Assembly: GCA_965219255.1 (NCBI GenBank)
Contig: OZ244727.1
Coordinates: 266,739 to 330,738 of the forward strand
Origin: Tepidiformaceae bacterium
GTDB lineage: Bacteria > Chloroflexota > Dehalococcoidia > Tepidiformales > Tepidiformaceae
DNA length: 64,000 nucleotides
Direction: 5' to 3'
Shown: positions 45,261 through 54,863 of the stretch, in pieces
How positions within the stretch are numbered: the stretch's first letter is position 1
Layout of the letters: the number at the start of each line of letters is the position of its first letter
Position numbers and translations under genes: made by a program
Notes under the pieces: model-generated
Database searches by the model: none
Told to the model about the DNA's origin: nothing
What the model saw: only the letters and a program-made list of their open reading frames with translations

Positions 45261-46394
45261 ATGTCTTCAACGTCAGGTTCGGCAGGTGAGCGGGCCGGCG
45301 CCCATGATCACGACCACGACGCCCACGACGCCCACGACGCCCACGACGACCACGACCATGGCGACCACGATGACCACGGATACGACGATCACGGCCATGA
45401 CGACCATGGCGATGGGCGCCACGACCGCTCCCACGACCAGCGAGGCCTCAGCCGCCGCAGCCTGACCTTCGCCCTCGTCCTGATCGCCGGCTACATGGTC
45501 GCGGAGATCGTTGGGGGCCTGCTCTCCGGGAGCCTTGCGCTGCTCGCCGATGCCGGCCACATGGCGACCGACGCCGCCGCCATCGGCCTCGCCCTCCTGG
45601 CCATGTGGATCGCCGAGCGGGCCGCCTCCGCCGAGCGCACCTTCGGTTTCTATCGCACCGAGATTCTCGCCGCCCTGCTCAACGCCATCGCCCTCTGGAT
45701 CATCGTCGCCTGGATCTGCTTCGAGGCGTACCACCGCTTCTTCCAGGAAGACACGCATGTCGATGGCTGGCCCGTGCTCTTCGTTGGCCTTGGCGGCCTC
45801 GCTGTGAACATCGCCGCCGCCTTCATCCTCCACCGCTCGTCCGAGCGCAGCCTCAACGCTCAAAGCGCCTTCCAGCACGTGCTCGCCGACCTGCTGGGCT
45901 CCGTGGGCGTCGTCATCTCCTCTATCCTCATCATCACTCTCGGCTGGCACCTCGCCGACCCCATCATCAGCATTGTCATCGGCCTGCTCATCCTCGTCAG
46001 CTCCTGGGGCCTCATGACCAGCGTCGTCCATGTCCTGCTCGAAGGGGCGCCCGAAAACATCGATGTCTACAAGCTCTGCAGCGACATCGAAGAGCTCGAG
46101 GGCGTCACCCTCGTGCACGATGTGCACGCCTGGACCATCACCTCCCAGAGCGACGCCTTCACCGCCCACGTCCTCATCGACCCTACGTACGGGGGCGACA
46201 AGGACGCGCTCCTGACGCAGATGAAGGAAATCGCCCACGGAGACTTCGGCATCGCGCACGTCACCATCCAGCTGGAGGAATCCGTCAACGGGTGCGACGA
46301 GAACCACGACGTCGGCCACCTGGCGCAGCGGTCGCGAATCGTGAGCACGCGAAGCACGTGGGGGTCGCTGCGCTACCTGTTCCCCGGCTCCTAG
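45261..46394 (+). CDS. cation diffusion facilitator (CDF) family metal efflux transporter with His/Asp-rich N-terminus
   Basis: HDHDHDAHDAHDAHDDHDHGDHDDHGYDDHGHDDHGDG, then the TM core GSLALLADAGHMATDAAAIG (HxxxD) and LADLLGSVGVV. C-terminal domain VHDVHAWTITS. Start at ATG 45261 or GTG 45255. Confidence 0.9.
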   Translation: MSSTSGSAGERAGAHDHDHDAHDAHDAHDDHDHGDHDDHGYDDHGHDDHGDGRHDRSHDQRGLSRRSLTFALVLIAGYMVAEIVGGLLSGSLALLADAGHMATDAAAIGLALLAMWIAERAASAERTFGFYRTEILAALLNAIALWIIVAWICFEAYHRFFQEDTHVDGWPVLFVGLGGLAVNIAAAFILHRSSERSLNAQSAFQHVLADLLGSVGVVISSILIITLGWHLADPIISIVIGLLILVSSWGLMTSVVHVLLEGAPENIDVYKLCSDIEELEGVTLVHDVHAWTITSQSDAFTAHVLIDPTYGGDKDALLTQMKEIAHGDFGIAHVTIQLEESVNGCDENHDVGHLAQRSRIVSTRSTWGSLRYLFPGS

Positions 46395-46478
46395 CGGTTC
46401 TCGGCCGGTACGTCGCGCTCTACTCGTTCCCTGCCCCTCTGCGGCGCGTAGGATCGTGGCCTGAGCACAGGGGGAGTC

Positions 46479-47003
46479 ATGAGCACCGTCGAATTCATCC
46501 AGCGCAGCCTTGAGTTCACGCACGCCGCCCTTGTCGACGCCCGCAACGGCGCCGACGAGCAACTCCACTTCGTCCCCGACTCGGGCAGTCACTCCATCGC
46601 CTGGTGCCTCTGGCACACCTCACGCGTCGAGGACCTCATCATCAGCCGCGTCGCCGGCCAGCCGCAGGTCTGGAGCGCAGAGTGGGCCGGCCGCACCGGT
46701 CTCCCCTTCGAGGGCTTCGGCACGGGCATGTCCGACGAGGACGCCCAGCAGGTGCACGTCACCGATATGGCCGCGCTCGCGGGCTACCAGGACGCCGTCT
46801 TCGAGCGCACCGCCCACTTCCTCGGCAGCGCCACCGATGCGGACCTCGAGCGCGAGATTCCCGCCCGCAACGGCACCGAGAGCGTCGGCGAGGCCATCTC
46901 CCTCCACATGATGGGCCACTTCAACGGCCATCGCGGCGAGATCAACACCCTCCGCGGAATGCAGGGGATGCCCACCGTCATGGCGGCCCAGGGCACGCAC
47001 TAG
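46479..47003 (+). CDS. DinB-family (DinB_2) metal-dependent four-helix-bundle protein
   Basis: HSIAWCLWHTSRVED...HMMGHFNGHRGEINTLRG (His triad pattern). Confidence 0.85.
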   Translation: MSTVEFIQRSLEFTHAALVDARNGADEQLHFVPDSGSHSIAWCLWHTSRVEDLIISRVAGQPQVWSAEWAGRTGLPFEGFGTGMSDEDAQQVHVTDMAALAGYQDAVFERTAHFLGSATDADLEREIPARNGTESVGEAISLHMMGHFNGHRGEINTLRGMQGMPTVMAAQGTH

Positions 47004-47104
47004 CCGGGCCACCCGCAGAGGCTCTCGCCGCACCGCCTCCAGCCGTGTTCGCGACCGGCGCTATGATGCGCCGCGGCCACTGCAGCGGTGGTCGGGGGTA
47101 GACC

Positions 47105-48187
47105 ATGGACTTCGGCATCACCTTCCCTTCCTACATCGAGGCCTGGAAGGACGCACAGGTCGCCGAGGATTCCGGCTTCTCGCACGCCTGGTTCTACGAC
47201 TCCCAGCTCCTCTACAGCGACATCTACGCCACGATGGCGCTCGCAGCCGAGCACACCACTCGCCTGACGCTGGGGACGCTCGTGGCCATCCCCAGCAACC
47301 GTCTCGCGCCCGTCACGGCCTCGGCCATCGCCACCATCAACTACCTCGCCCCCGGACGTACGGTGCTTGGCGTCGGCACCGGCTTCACGGGCCGCAACAC
47401 GATGGGCCTGCCCGCTCTCTCCGCGCGCGCGATGCAGCGCTACGTCGAGCAGGTCCGCGCCCTCTTACGGGGCGAGGACGCCCTCATCCGGGAGGGCGAG
47501 GCCGAGCGCTGGATCCGTCTGCTGCACCCCGAGCGCGGCTTGGGCTTCATCAACGTTGACGACCCGATCCCCATCTACATCGCCGCCAACGGCCCCCGCG
47601 CCGTTGCGGTCGCGGCCGAGTCCGGCAACGGCTGGATCACGACCGCCCGCGCCCGTGCGCTCCTCTCCCACAACTTCGAGGCGCACGGCGCCGCCGCCCG
47701 TGCGGCCGGGCGGGACGATGCCAGGCCCTACACGGTCCTGCTGGGCATGGGCTGCATCCTCCAGCCCGGCGAGTCACCCACCTCGCAGCGGGTCATCGAC
47801 TGCATCGGCTGGGGGACGCTCCCGCCCTACCACGCCGCCTGGGAGGCGCAGTACGGCCCCGGCGCCAACCTCGGACTGCACGATCCCGAGATGGCGGCTG
47901 CTTACAAGGCCTACATCGATCCCGTGGCCGGCCGCGCCCGGTCACCCGAAGATCGCCGCTACCTCGATGTGCACCGCGGTCACCTCGCCTTCCTCAAGCC
48001 CGGCGAGGAACGCTTCGTCTCGGAAGCTGCCCTGCGCGCCACCTTCACCGGCTCTCCCGAGGAGATCGTCGAGCGCCTCCAGCGACTGGAGGCTGCGGGG
48101 GTCGATAACTTCGCGCTGCAGGTTGTGCAGGGGAGCGCCCGCGAGACGATCGAGGAGTTCGGCCGGCAGGTGATTGCCAGGATGTGA
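47105..48187 (+). CDS. LLM-class F420/flavin-dependent oxidoreductase
   Basis: MDFGITFPS...GFSHAWFYDSQLLYSDIY...GRTVLGVGTGFTGRNTMGL. Confidence 0.9.
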   Translation: MDFGITFPSYIEAWKDAQVAEDSGFSHAWFYDSQLLYSDIYATMALAAEHTTRLTLGTLVAIPSNRLAPVTASAIATINYLAPGRTVLGVGTGFTGRNTMGLPALSARAMQRYVEQVRALLRGEDALIREGEAERWIRLLHPERGLGFINVDDPIPIYIAANGPRAVAVAAESGNGWITTARARALLSHNFEAHGAAARAAGRDDARPYTVLLGMGCILQPGESPTSQRVIDCIGWGTLPPYHAAWEAQYGPGANLGLHDPEMAAAYKAYIDPVAGRARSPEDRRYLDVHRGHLAFLKPGEERFVSEAALRATFTGSPEEIVERLQRLEAAGVDNFALQVVQGSARETIEEFGRQVIARM

Positions 48188-48234
48188 CCCCCATCCTCCG
48201 GGGCGGGGCCTGGGGATCTGCGGGGTCAGTGGTC

Positions 48235-49743
48235 TCAGAGGAGCCGGACGACGCCGTCTGTTCCGTCGACCTCGATGAGCGCTCCGTCGCCGATCTCGCG
48301 TGTGCCGGTCCGCGTGCCGACCACCGCCGGGATGCCGTACTCGCGGGCTACGACGGCCGTGTGCGAGAGGGCCCCTCCCGCATCCGTGACCACTGCGCCG
48401 GCGATGGCGAAGTACGGCGTCCACGTCGGGGCCGTGACTCCGCAGACCAGGATCTCGCCGTCGCCGAGGCGGCCGGCCTCCGCCAGGGAACGGATCACCC
48501 GTGCGCGACCCCGGTAGATGCCCGGTGAGGCGCCCGTTCCGCGCACCACCCCGGTCGCGCTCGCTTCGGCGGCGAGGGGCTGGCCGAGCACCGGCGGCGG
48601 CTGCACCGACCGGTAGGCCGCCTGCGCCCGCCGCCGCTCGTCAAGCGTGCCGCTCTCGGGCGCTGTCGCCGTCTCGAGCGCTTCGATGAGCTCTTCGAGC
48701 GCGAAGTAGAAGACATCCCCGGAGTCCTCCGCGAGCCCTCGCTCCACCAGCAGCCGGCCGATGTTCAGCCAGCGGTAGCGGGAGGCCGCCGAGAGCCGCT
48801 GATCGCAGAGCGTGTTGTGGTCCTCACGAACGGACAGGAGCTCTTGCGCCCCGGGGAGCGCCTCCAGCAGCTGCCTCGCGCGCTCGTCGCTCTCGGCCAG
48901 CGCACGGAGCTCCCGCTCCAGCCGCTCGCGCTGGATAACTTGCCTGGCGGCGGCGAGGGCGGGCGCGGCATCCTCGGGCTCGTCCGCATAGCGAAGAACA
49001 AGGCTGAGCGCCGGCCGGGCATCCTCGCGCCACGCCGGCGCATCCGCCACCTGTGCGTCGATCGTGTGGCCGAACTCTTCGAGGAAGGCCGTGAGGCGCC
49101 GGTCGAACCCGGCATGCGCCACGATGCCGGTCCCTTTCGCCGCCGCATCCCGGACTGCCCCCCGCAGCGCCGGGGTGGCGCGAACCTCGCGGCCAAGCTC
49201 CCAGAGCGCAATCGCGCGATCGAGGGTGCGATTGGGGAAACCCTGGAGGAGGGCGTGGGCGTCGGCCCGTCGAGCCTCGCCGAAGGCGTCGCAGTACCCG
49301 TCGGCGAAGTCCTGGGCGAGGCGCCCCGAGGTGAAGACGCACTCGCCGTGGACCCCTGCGAAAACCCGCCTGAACTCGGTCGCCTGGCGATCGAGGGTCT
49401 CCCGCCACTCCCCTTCCCGAACCGCGCTCGCGTCGAAACCGGTCAGCTCGTCGAACAGCGCGTCCACCTCGGGCAGCCACTTTGTGTTCCAGGTCTCGAG
49501 CGCGGTGGCGTCCCCGAGATCCGGTAGCTCGGTCGGCATTGACAGCTCGCCCGCCGGCCCGGTACGGACGTAGCTGTAGCCGTTGATGAAGAGGCGGGCT
49601 GGTGGCGAGCCCGGTTCAGGCGACCTTCCAAAGCCCGCTACCCTCGTGAGCGGAGGTTGGGAAGCCGGGCCGTGCTCGTTCTCGTACACCCAGGTGTACT
49701 GCGCCAGCTCGGGATCAGGCAGTACGAATTCGACGTTGGTCAT
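48235..49743 (-). CDS. PEP-utilising enzyme mobile (swivel His) domain protein with about 380-aa N-terminal domain, no ATP-grasp domain
   Basis: C-terminal GASPGIYRGRARVI...GEILVCGVTAPTWTPYFAIAGAVVTDAGGALSHTAVVAREYGIPAVVG (PF00391-type, catalytic His in LSHTAV). Confidence 0.85.
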   Translation of the reverse strand: MTNVEFVLPDPELAQYTWVYENEHGPASQPPLTRVAGFGRSPEPGSPPARLFINGYSYVRTGPAGELSMPTELPDLGDATALETWNTKWLPEVDALFDELTGFDASAVREGEWRETLDRQATEFRRVFAGVHGECVFTSGRLAQDFADGYCDAFGEARRADAHALLQGFPNRTLDRAIALWELGREVRATPALRGAVRDAAAKGTGIVAHAGFDRRLTAFLEEFGHTIDAQVADAPAWREDARPALSLVLRYADEPEDAAPALAAARQVIQRERLERELRALAESDERARQLLEALPGAQELLSVREDHNTLCDQRLSAASRYRWLNIGRLLVERGLAEDSGDVFYFALEELIEALETATAPESGTLDERRRAQAAYRSVQPPPVLGQPLAAEASATGVVRGTGASPGIYRGRARVIRSLAEAGRLGDGEILVCGVTAPTWTPYFAIAGAVVTDAGGALSHTAVVAREYGIPAVVGTRTGTREIGDGALIEVDGTDGVVRLL

Positions 49744-49773
49744 GCTCTCGTGGTGCTCCTGCTTCGGTGGCGC

Positions 49774-50280
49774 TCAGAACATGGGGCCGGCGAGCGCGGC
49801 GTACAAGGGAGCCTCGCGCTCCTGCTGGCGGGCGAAGTAGCTGCGGATCGACGCGAGCAGTTCCTCGTGGAGCTCTGGCCCGAGTGACTCGCGGTCCTCA
49901 TGGACCACCCGCACGAGCCGCTCAAGTTGCACGTTGAGGGCGCTGCTCTCTTCGTCAAGTGCCGCCACCGTGGCCAGGGCGCCGGGCTCACGCGAGGTCG
50001 GCCGTGACAGCAACGCCGCGAGGTCCGCGTGCATCGAGGGATCGCTGGGCGTCGACCGCCGCGCCAGCCGATCGCGGGCGCCGGTCAGCACGTCCCGGAG
50101 ATCGGCGTTCCCCTCCGCGAGGATGGTGAGTTCGCTCTCGACACGGACGGACAGGTGCGAGAGGAGGGTGCGGATGCTCCGCAGCGAGCTTGCCGCCCAG
50201 GGATCGGTCACCGTCGGCGCCACCCTCGTGTCCAGCGCCTCGGCGATTGAGTCGAGAAGCTCCTTCGTACTGGGTCTCAC
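49774..50280 (-). CDS. hypothetical helical protein (168 aa)
   Basis: The GTG start overlaps the stop of the upstream kinase gene (GTGA at 50277-50280). The rest of the 349-aa track ORF upstream is an out-of-context extension. Confidence 0.65.
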   Translation of the reverse strand: MRPSTKELLDSIAEALDTRVAPTVTDPWAASSLRSIRTLLSHLSVRVESELTILAEGNADLRDVLTGARDRLARRSTPSDPSMHADLAALLSRPTSREPGALATVAALDEESSALNVQLERLVRVVHEDRESLGPELHEELLASIRSYFARQQEREAPLYAALAGPMF

Positions 50281-51344
50281 GATCGTTCCCTCCGGATGTA
50301 GGCGCTCCCACCCGCTCCCGGAGGGGCGAGCGTGGCGGCCGCTTCCTCGAGGTCCATGCCCACGAGGGAGGCAAGCCTTCCGGCCATGGTTCGAGGGCTC
50401 GAAACGCCCATGACGGCCACGGCGGGACGGCGGTCGCGGCCATCCATGAACCCCCGGAGGGCGCTGTTCAGGCACACCGCCGACTTGAAGGCGATAAAGA
50501 GCTGGCTGAACGCCATCGTGCGGGGCGAGAGCTGGAAGCCGGCCGCGGCCTCGTAGTGAGCCAGGGTCTCCTCCGGATCCCAGAGACTGAGCATCCCTTG
50601 CGAGAAGGCCCAGTCCTGTGCCGGGTCGCCCAGTGCGGCGAGCTCCCAGTCGCTCATCGCCACGATCTTGCCGTCTCGCCAGATCTCTTCGCCGATGCCG
50701 TTGTTCCCCTTGATGAGCGAGACCCGGGGGCTGTCGGTCGGGATGTGTTCCTCCAGCCAGTAGAGCGCATCGGTGATCTCCGGGTAGGGGGAGGAGCGAC
50801 ACTCGAACCAGATCTCCTTCCATATCTGGAAGTCCTGTCGTACCGCGTCGGCGGGAGATGAGGGGGCGGGCAACACCTCGTCGAGCTTGTACCGCTGCCA
50901 GTCGAGTGAATGCACCAGCGCGAGCTTCTCCGCATGCTCGAACGCCACGCTTTGCCTGATCGTGTCGCCCTCAGGCCCCGGCGCCATCAGGTCGGGAACG
51001 TCGGTGGCGCCATCGACGAGCTCGCGGACCATGTGGGGCCGTCCCTCCGCGAAGGGGAGGCCCTCGTCGTACCACAGCGGCTCCGCCACGGGGACCGGCG
51101 AGGGCCAGAGGCGCCGGTAGACCTCCCACTCCGTGTTCAGCGGCAGGGGAACGATCCCGCCGCTTGGGAGGTCCACCCGGAGGACGAGATCGCGGTGCCG
51201 GCTGCGGGCCCCCTCGCCCACCTCCGCCCCCACGATCCACGTCTCGCGCGACATCCCCGGGAAGGTCTGCTTGAGGGCGCTGATCGTGACGGGTTCGTCG
51301 AAGCGCGCGGCGAGGTAGTCGGCAGTCGCTGATGCATCGACCAT
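50277..51344 (-). CDS. aminoglycoside/choline-kinase-like phosphotransferase (APH family)
   Basis: PRVSLIKGNNGIGEEIW (degenerate Brenner-like HxDxxxxN) and AMSDWELAALGDPAQDWAF (DxD metal-binding motif). Confidence 0.85.
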   Translation of the reverse strand: MVDASATADYLAARFDEPVTISALKQTFPGMSRETWIVGAEVGEGARSRHRDLVLRVDLPSGGIVPLPLNTEWEVYRRLWPSPVPVAEPLWYDEGLPFAEGRPHMVRELVDGATDVPDLMAPGPEGDTIRQSVAFEHAEKLALVHSLDWQRYKLDEVLPAPSSPADAVRQDFQIWKEIWFECRSSPYPEITDALYWLEEHIPTDSPRVSLIKGNNGIGEEIWRDGKIVAMSDWELAALGDPAQDWAFSQGMLSLWDPEETLAHYEAAAGFQLSPRTMAFSQLFIAFKSAVCLNSALRGFMDGRDRRPAVAVMGVSSPRTMAGRLASLVGMDLEEAAATLAPPGAGGSAYIRRERS

Positions 51345-51380
51345 CGCGTACCTCCCTCCGCGGCCGTTGGCCGCTGCGGC

Positions 51381-52487
51381 CTAGAGGCCGTACTTCTGGT
51401 TGGGTCCCATCACCATGATGGGGAAGTGGCCGTGGCCCGGCTTGCCGTTGATGGAGAGCCTGACGGGCTGCTCCCGGTGGCCGGACGGGATCTGTTCCCC
51501 CTGGAGATTCCGCACGATCTCAGGGTGAGAAACGTCATAGACATCCGTCTCCTCGAGGTACGCCCCTCGCCAGGCGCCCAGCCCCTGCTCGTCGTTGTAC
51601 CCCGTGCCGTAGCCCGTGCCCTTGTAGGCCCAGGCGGTGAGCACCGGCTCCGCTTCAATCTCCCAGCGCCGCTCATCCTCCGTGGTCAGCGTGACCCGAG
51701 CGTGGCTGAACACACGCGTCCCCTCATGGAAGGTCAGCTCGTGCTCCGCATCGACGACGCGGAGCTCAGGTCGGCCCGTCCCCGCGGGCCAGACCAGCGC
51801 GCCGTCGAGCGACTGACGCCGCCCGCGGTGGTCCTCGTGGAGCTGGAAGTAGCCGCCGAACTCATCGACCCGGAACGCGAGCCACAGAAACAGGCGTCCC
51901 CCGGCCCCACCCTGGGGCATGTCCGCCATCGGCTCGAAACCCCCGACCCCGGGGCGGACCCCCCACGAGTGGTCCCGTGCCCCGAACCAGTCGGTGGCCT
52001 CGTAGGTGCGACCGTCGATGCGTAGCTCCCCGCTCACCGTCCCGACCTGGGCGAACCGGTACATGTCGGAGGCGACACGGCCCTGCACCCGCGAGAGGCC
52101 GTGGTCCTCCAGCCGGGGAGGCAGGCTGCCCGTCCACGTGAGGTCGCAGCCAAGGGGGTGGTCGCCCTCCTCAAGCCTGAGGCGCAGGACCTTCAGGGGC
52201 TCCACCAGGGAGACGCTGAGGCCGCCCACCCTCGTCTCCGCGAGGGCGGGCCGCAGCTCCCTCGAGAAGCGAACGTTGTACTGCCGGCCCTCGCGCTGCG
52301 CGGTCACGAAGCCGTCGAGCACGTTCATGTTGGGATAGCGCCCCATGCTCACGAGCGCGCCGGCCGAGCCGTCCGGCGCAACCGCCTCGAACCAGTAGCG
52401 GTCGTAGAAACGGTGGTCGCTCGTGCTCACGAACTCGAACGGCAGCGGGGCCTGGTGGAGCAGTGTGTCGTCGAGATCTGTCAGCAA
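51381..52487 (-). CDS. hypothetical beta-rich protein (no confidently recognised domain)
   Basis: Long ORF with good GC3 bias. HRFYDRYWFEAVAPDGS...GARDHSWGVRPGVGG. Lies 36 nt upstream of the kinase gene. Confidence 0.75.
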   Translation of the reverse strand: MLTDLDDTLLHQAPLPFEFVSTSDHRFYDRYWFEAVAPDGSAGALVSMGRYPNMNVLDGFVTAQREGRQYNVRFSRELRPALAETRVGGLSVSLVEPLKVLRLRLEEGDHPLGCDLTWTGSLPPRLEDHGLSRVQGRVASDMYRFAQVGTVSGELRIDGRTYEATDWFGARDHSWGVRPGVGGFEPMADMPQGGAGGRLFLWLAFRVDEFGGYFQLHEDHRGRRQSLDGALVWPAGTGRPELRVVDAEHELTFHEGTRVFSHARVTLTTEDERRWEIEAEPVLTAWAYKGTGYGTGYNDEQGLGAWRGAYLEETDVYDVSHPEIVRNLQGEQIPSGHREQPVRLSINGKPGHGHFPIMVMGPNQKYGL

Positions 52488-52615
52488 GGGGAGGCTCCGC
52501 TATCGCGTGTGGAAGGGGAAGTGTAGCCGGACGAGCCCCCGCTGGCCCAAGCCCGGCCGGCGTGTGGCCTCAGGGAGCGCTGGGCGGTACTCCTCGCCCA
52601 GGCTCCCAACGACCG

Positions 52616-53497
52616 TCAGCCGACCTCCAGCGGCAGCGACGGATCGGCGGCGTACTCCGACATCGAGGCGTCGTAGACCGCGACGTCTTCGTAGCCCAGC
52701 AGCGAAAGGGCGAGAGCGTCGTCGGACGCCGCGATGCCGCCGCCGCAGTACGTAACCACGCGCTGCGTCCTGTCCGCGCCCGCCTGTTCGAAGAGCGACG
52801 CCAGCTCCTCCGCGGGGCGGAAGAGGCCGGTCTCGGGGTCGGTCAGCTCCATCGCCGGCACGTTGGTCGAGCCGGGAATGTGTCCGGGACGCCCGTAGGT
52901 TTGCCCGCCGTCGGCGCCCGAGTGTTGCTTCCGTCCCAGGGCGTTGATCAGGCAGCTGCCACCTGTGTCGCCCGACTCGACAAACGCCCTGACCTCGCCC
53001 AGATCGGCGAACCGAGCCGGAACAGCAGTTGGCGTGAAGGTCGCGGGCTCGTACGTTGCGGCATCCGTCGACACGGGGCGGTTCTCGGCGCTCCAGCGAC
53101 GCCAGCCGCCATCCAGCACCGCCGCGCCCGCGCAGCCCATCGACCGGAACATCCACCAGAGCCGCGCGGCCCACATCGAGCCCGAGCGGTCGTAGAGGAC
53201 CAGCTTCGACGACTCCGAGATCCCGTGCCGTCCCGCCGCCTCCGCGAACGCCTCGGGCGAGGGCATCATGAATCGCAGGCGCTGCTCGTTGTCGGAAAAG
53301 TCGCCCTGCAGGTCGAGGAAACCCGCGCCGGGAACGTGTCCCGACTCGTACTCCGCCCGTCCCGACTCGACGAGGCGGCCACCGCCATCGCGGGGACGCA
53401 GGAAGACGGTCGTCTCGAAGACGCGGACATCGTCGTCTATCAGGTGTTCCGCCAGCCAGTCGGTCGAAACGAGGAACTCCGGGTGCGCGAATGCCAT
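52616..53497 (-). CDS. rhodanese-domain sulfurtransferase (thiosulfate/3-mercaptopyruvate type, two domains)
   Basis: FLVSTDWLAEHL...YESGHVPGAGFLD... with active-site loop VVTYCGGGIAAS. Start at MAFAHPE (CAT 53495-53497). Confidence 0.9.
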   Translation of the reverse strand: MAFAHPEFLVSTDWLAEHLIDDDVRVFETTVFLRPRDGGGRLVESGRAEYESGHVPGAGFLDLQGDFSDNEQRLRFMMPSPEAFAEAAGRHGISESSKLVLYDRSGSMWAARLWWMFRSMGCAGAAVLDGGWRRWSAENRPVSTDAATYEPATFTPTAVPARFADLGEVRAFVESGDTGGSCLINALGRKQHSGADGGQTYGRPGHIPGSTNVPAMELTDPETGLFRPAEELASLFEQAGADRTQRVVTYCGGGIAASDDALALSLLGYEDVAVYDASMSEYAADPSLPLEVG

Positions 53498-53550
53498 GAT
53501 CAACTCCAGCCAGTCCGGGCTTGTCTCGAATGGGCCCGTTCGGGCTCTAG

Positions 53551-54733
53551 GGACAGTCTGAACAACTCGCCAGAGCGAGTGAGCAGATGCGATCATGGGG
53601 CGCGAACCGGAGAGGGAGGGCGCCCCCATGCATCAGCCGACGTTCGCCAGCGTGGAGTTCGAGCAGAAGAAGCGGAAGACGCGCCGTGAGTTGTTCCTCA
53701 AACGCATCGACGGCCTCGTGCCCTGGGATGAGTTGGAGGGGCGCATCGAGCCTCACTACCCGAAGGCGGGACGGGGACGGCGGCCCTACCCGCTGGCGGT
53801 GATGCTGCGCAGCCACTGCGTCCAGCTCTGCTACAACCTCAGCGACCCCGCCATGGAGGACCTCCTCTACGAAGCCGAGTCGGTGCGCCGCTTCTGCGGT
53901 CTCACCCTGACCGAGGACATTCCCGACGAGAGCACCATCCTCCACTTCCGCCACCTGCTGGAGCGCCACGACCTGGGGACGAAGCTGTTCGAGACAATCA
54001 ACGCCCACCTCGCGAAGCGCGGCCTGCGCCTGCGCGCGGGCACGATCGTGGACGCCAGCATCATCGCGGCGCCCTCCTCGACGAAGAACCGCCAGCGCGC
54101 GCGCGACCCGGAGATGCACCAGACGAAGAAGGGGAACGAGTGGCATTTCGGCATGAAGCTGCACATCGGCGTGGACGCCGACAGCGGGCTGGTGCACAGC
54201 ATGAGGGCGACGGCGGCGAACGTGGCCGACGTGACGGAGGCGCACCGCCTGCTGCATGGCGAGGAGCGGGAGGCGTACGGCGACGCGGGCTACCGGGGCG
54301 TGGAGAAGCGCCCGGAGCAGGCGCGGTCGGAGGTCGAGTGGCGGGTGGCGCTGCGGCCCGGCCTGAGGCGGCTGCTTGAGCCGGGGAGCGAGGCGGCGCG
54401 GGCGGAGCGGGAGAAGGCGTCGCTGCGGGCGAAGGTGGAGCACCCCTTCCTCGCGGTGAAGCGGCGCTTCGGCTACGACAAGGTGCGCTACCGTGGTCTG
54501 GCGAAGAACCGGGAGCGGCTGGCGCTGCTGCTGGGCTTGACGAATCTGCTCAGAGCCGAGCCCCAACTCGCCTGACCCGGGGAGCAGTGCGTTCCGCGCG
54601 CTCGTCGAAGCGCGACGGGAAGGCAACAGAGGCCCCCGCCCTCCCCCGACCCCCTCCCCTGCGGCCCTCCTTGTCCAATACAACCTGCTGCCGGAGCAAA
54701 TCGCCGGCGCCAGCCTACTTGCTCAGAGGATTC
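53551..54733 (+). mobile_element. IS5-family insertion sequence (about 1.18 kb) with 4-bp CTAG target-site duplication
   Basis: The left end GGACAGTCTGAACAACTCG and the reverse complement of the right end GAATCCTCTGAGCAAGTAG match at 12/19, including a shared TCTGA-CAA core. CTAG sits at 53547-53550 and 54734-54737. One DDE transposase gene lies inside. Confidence 0.8.
53628..54575 (+). CDS. IS5-family DDE transposase
   Basis: PYPLAVMLRSHCVQLCYNLSDPAMEDLLYE, IVDASIIAAPSSTKN, WHFGMKLHIGVDADSGLVH, YGDAGYRG, KVEHPFLAVKRRFGYDKVRYRGLAKN. Confidence 0.9.
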   Translation: MHQPTFASVEFEQKKRKTRRELFLKRIDGLVPWDELEGRIEPHYPKAGRGRRPYPLAVMLRSHCVQLCYNLSDPAMEDLLYEAESVRRFCGLTLTEDIPDESTILHFRHLLERHDLGTKLFETINAHLAKRGLRLRAGTIVDASIIAAPSSTKNRQRARDPEMHQTKKGNEWHFGMKLHIGVDADSGLVHSMRATAANVADVTEAHRLLHGEEREAYGDAGYRGVEKRPEQARSEVEWRVALRPGLRRLLEPGSEAARAEREKASLRAKVEHPFLAVKRRFGYDKVRYRGLAKNRERLALLLGLTNLLRAEPQLA

Positions 54734-54863
54734 CTAGTATCCGCGTCCCGCGGATCGTCTGCGACTGGTTCCCACCCAGGCGGAGACGGTCGGCTGCATG
54801 CCCCGCCAGGAAGCACGGGGTGTATCGACCGAGCCTTCGGCCCCGACCTGGGCGGGGAAACGT

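Noticed and set aside
53547-54683. 378-aa minus-strand ORF inside the IS element
   Set aside because: It is antisense to the IS5 transposase, with Arg/Leu/Pro-rich shadow composition. I cannot support a second IS gene from the sequence.
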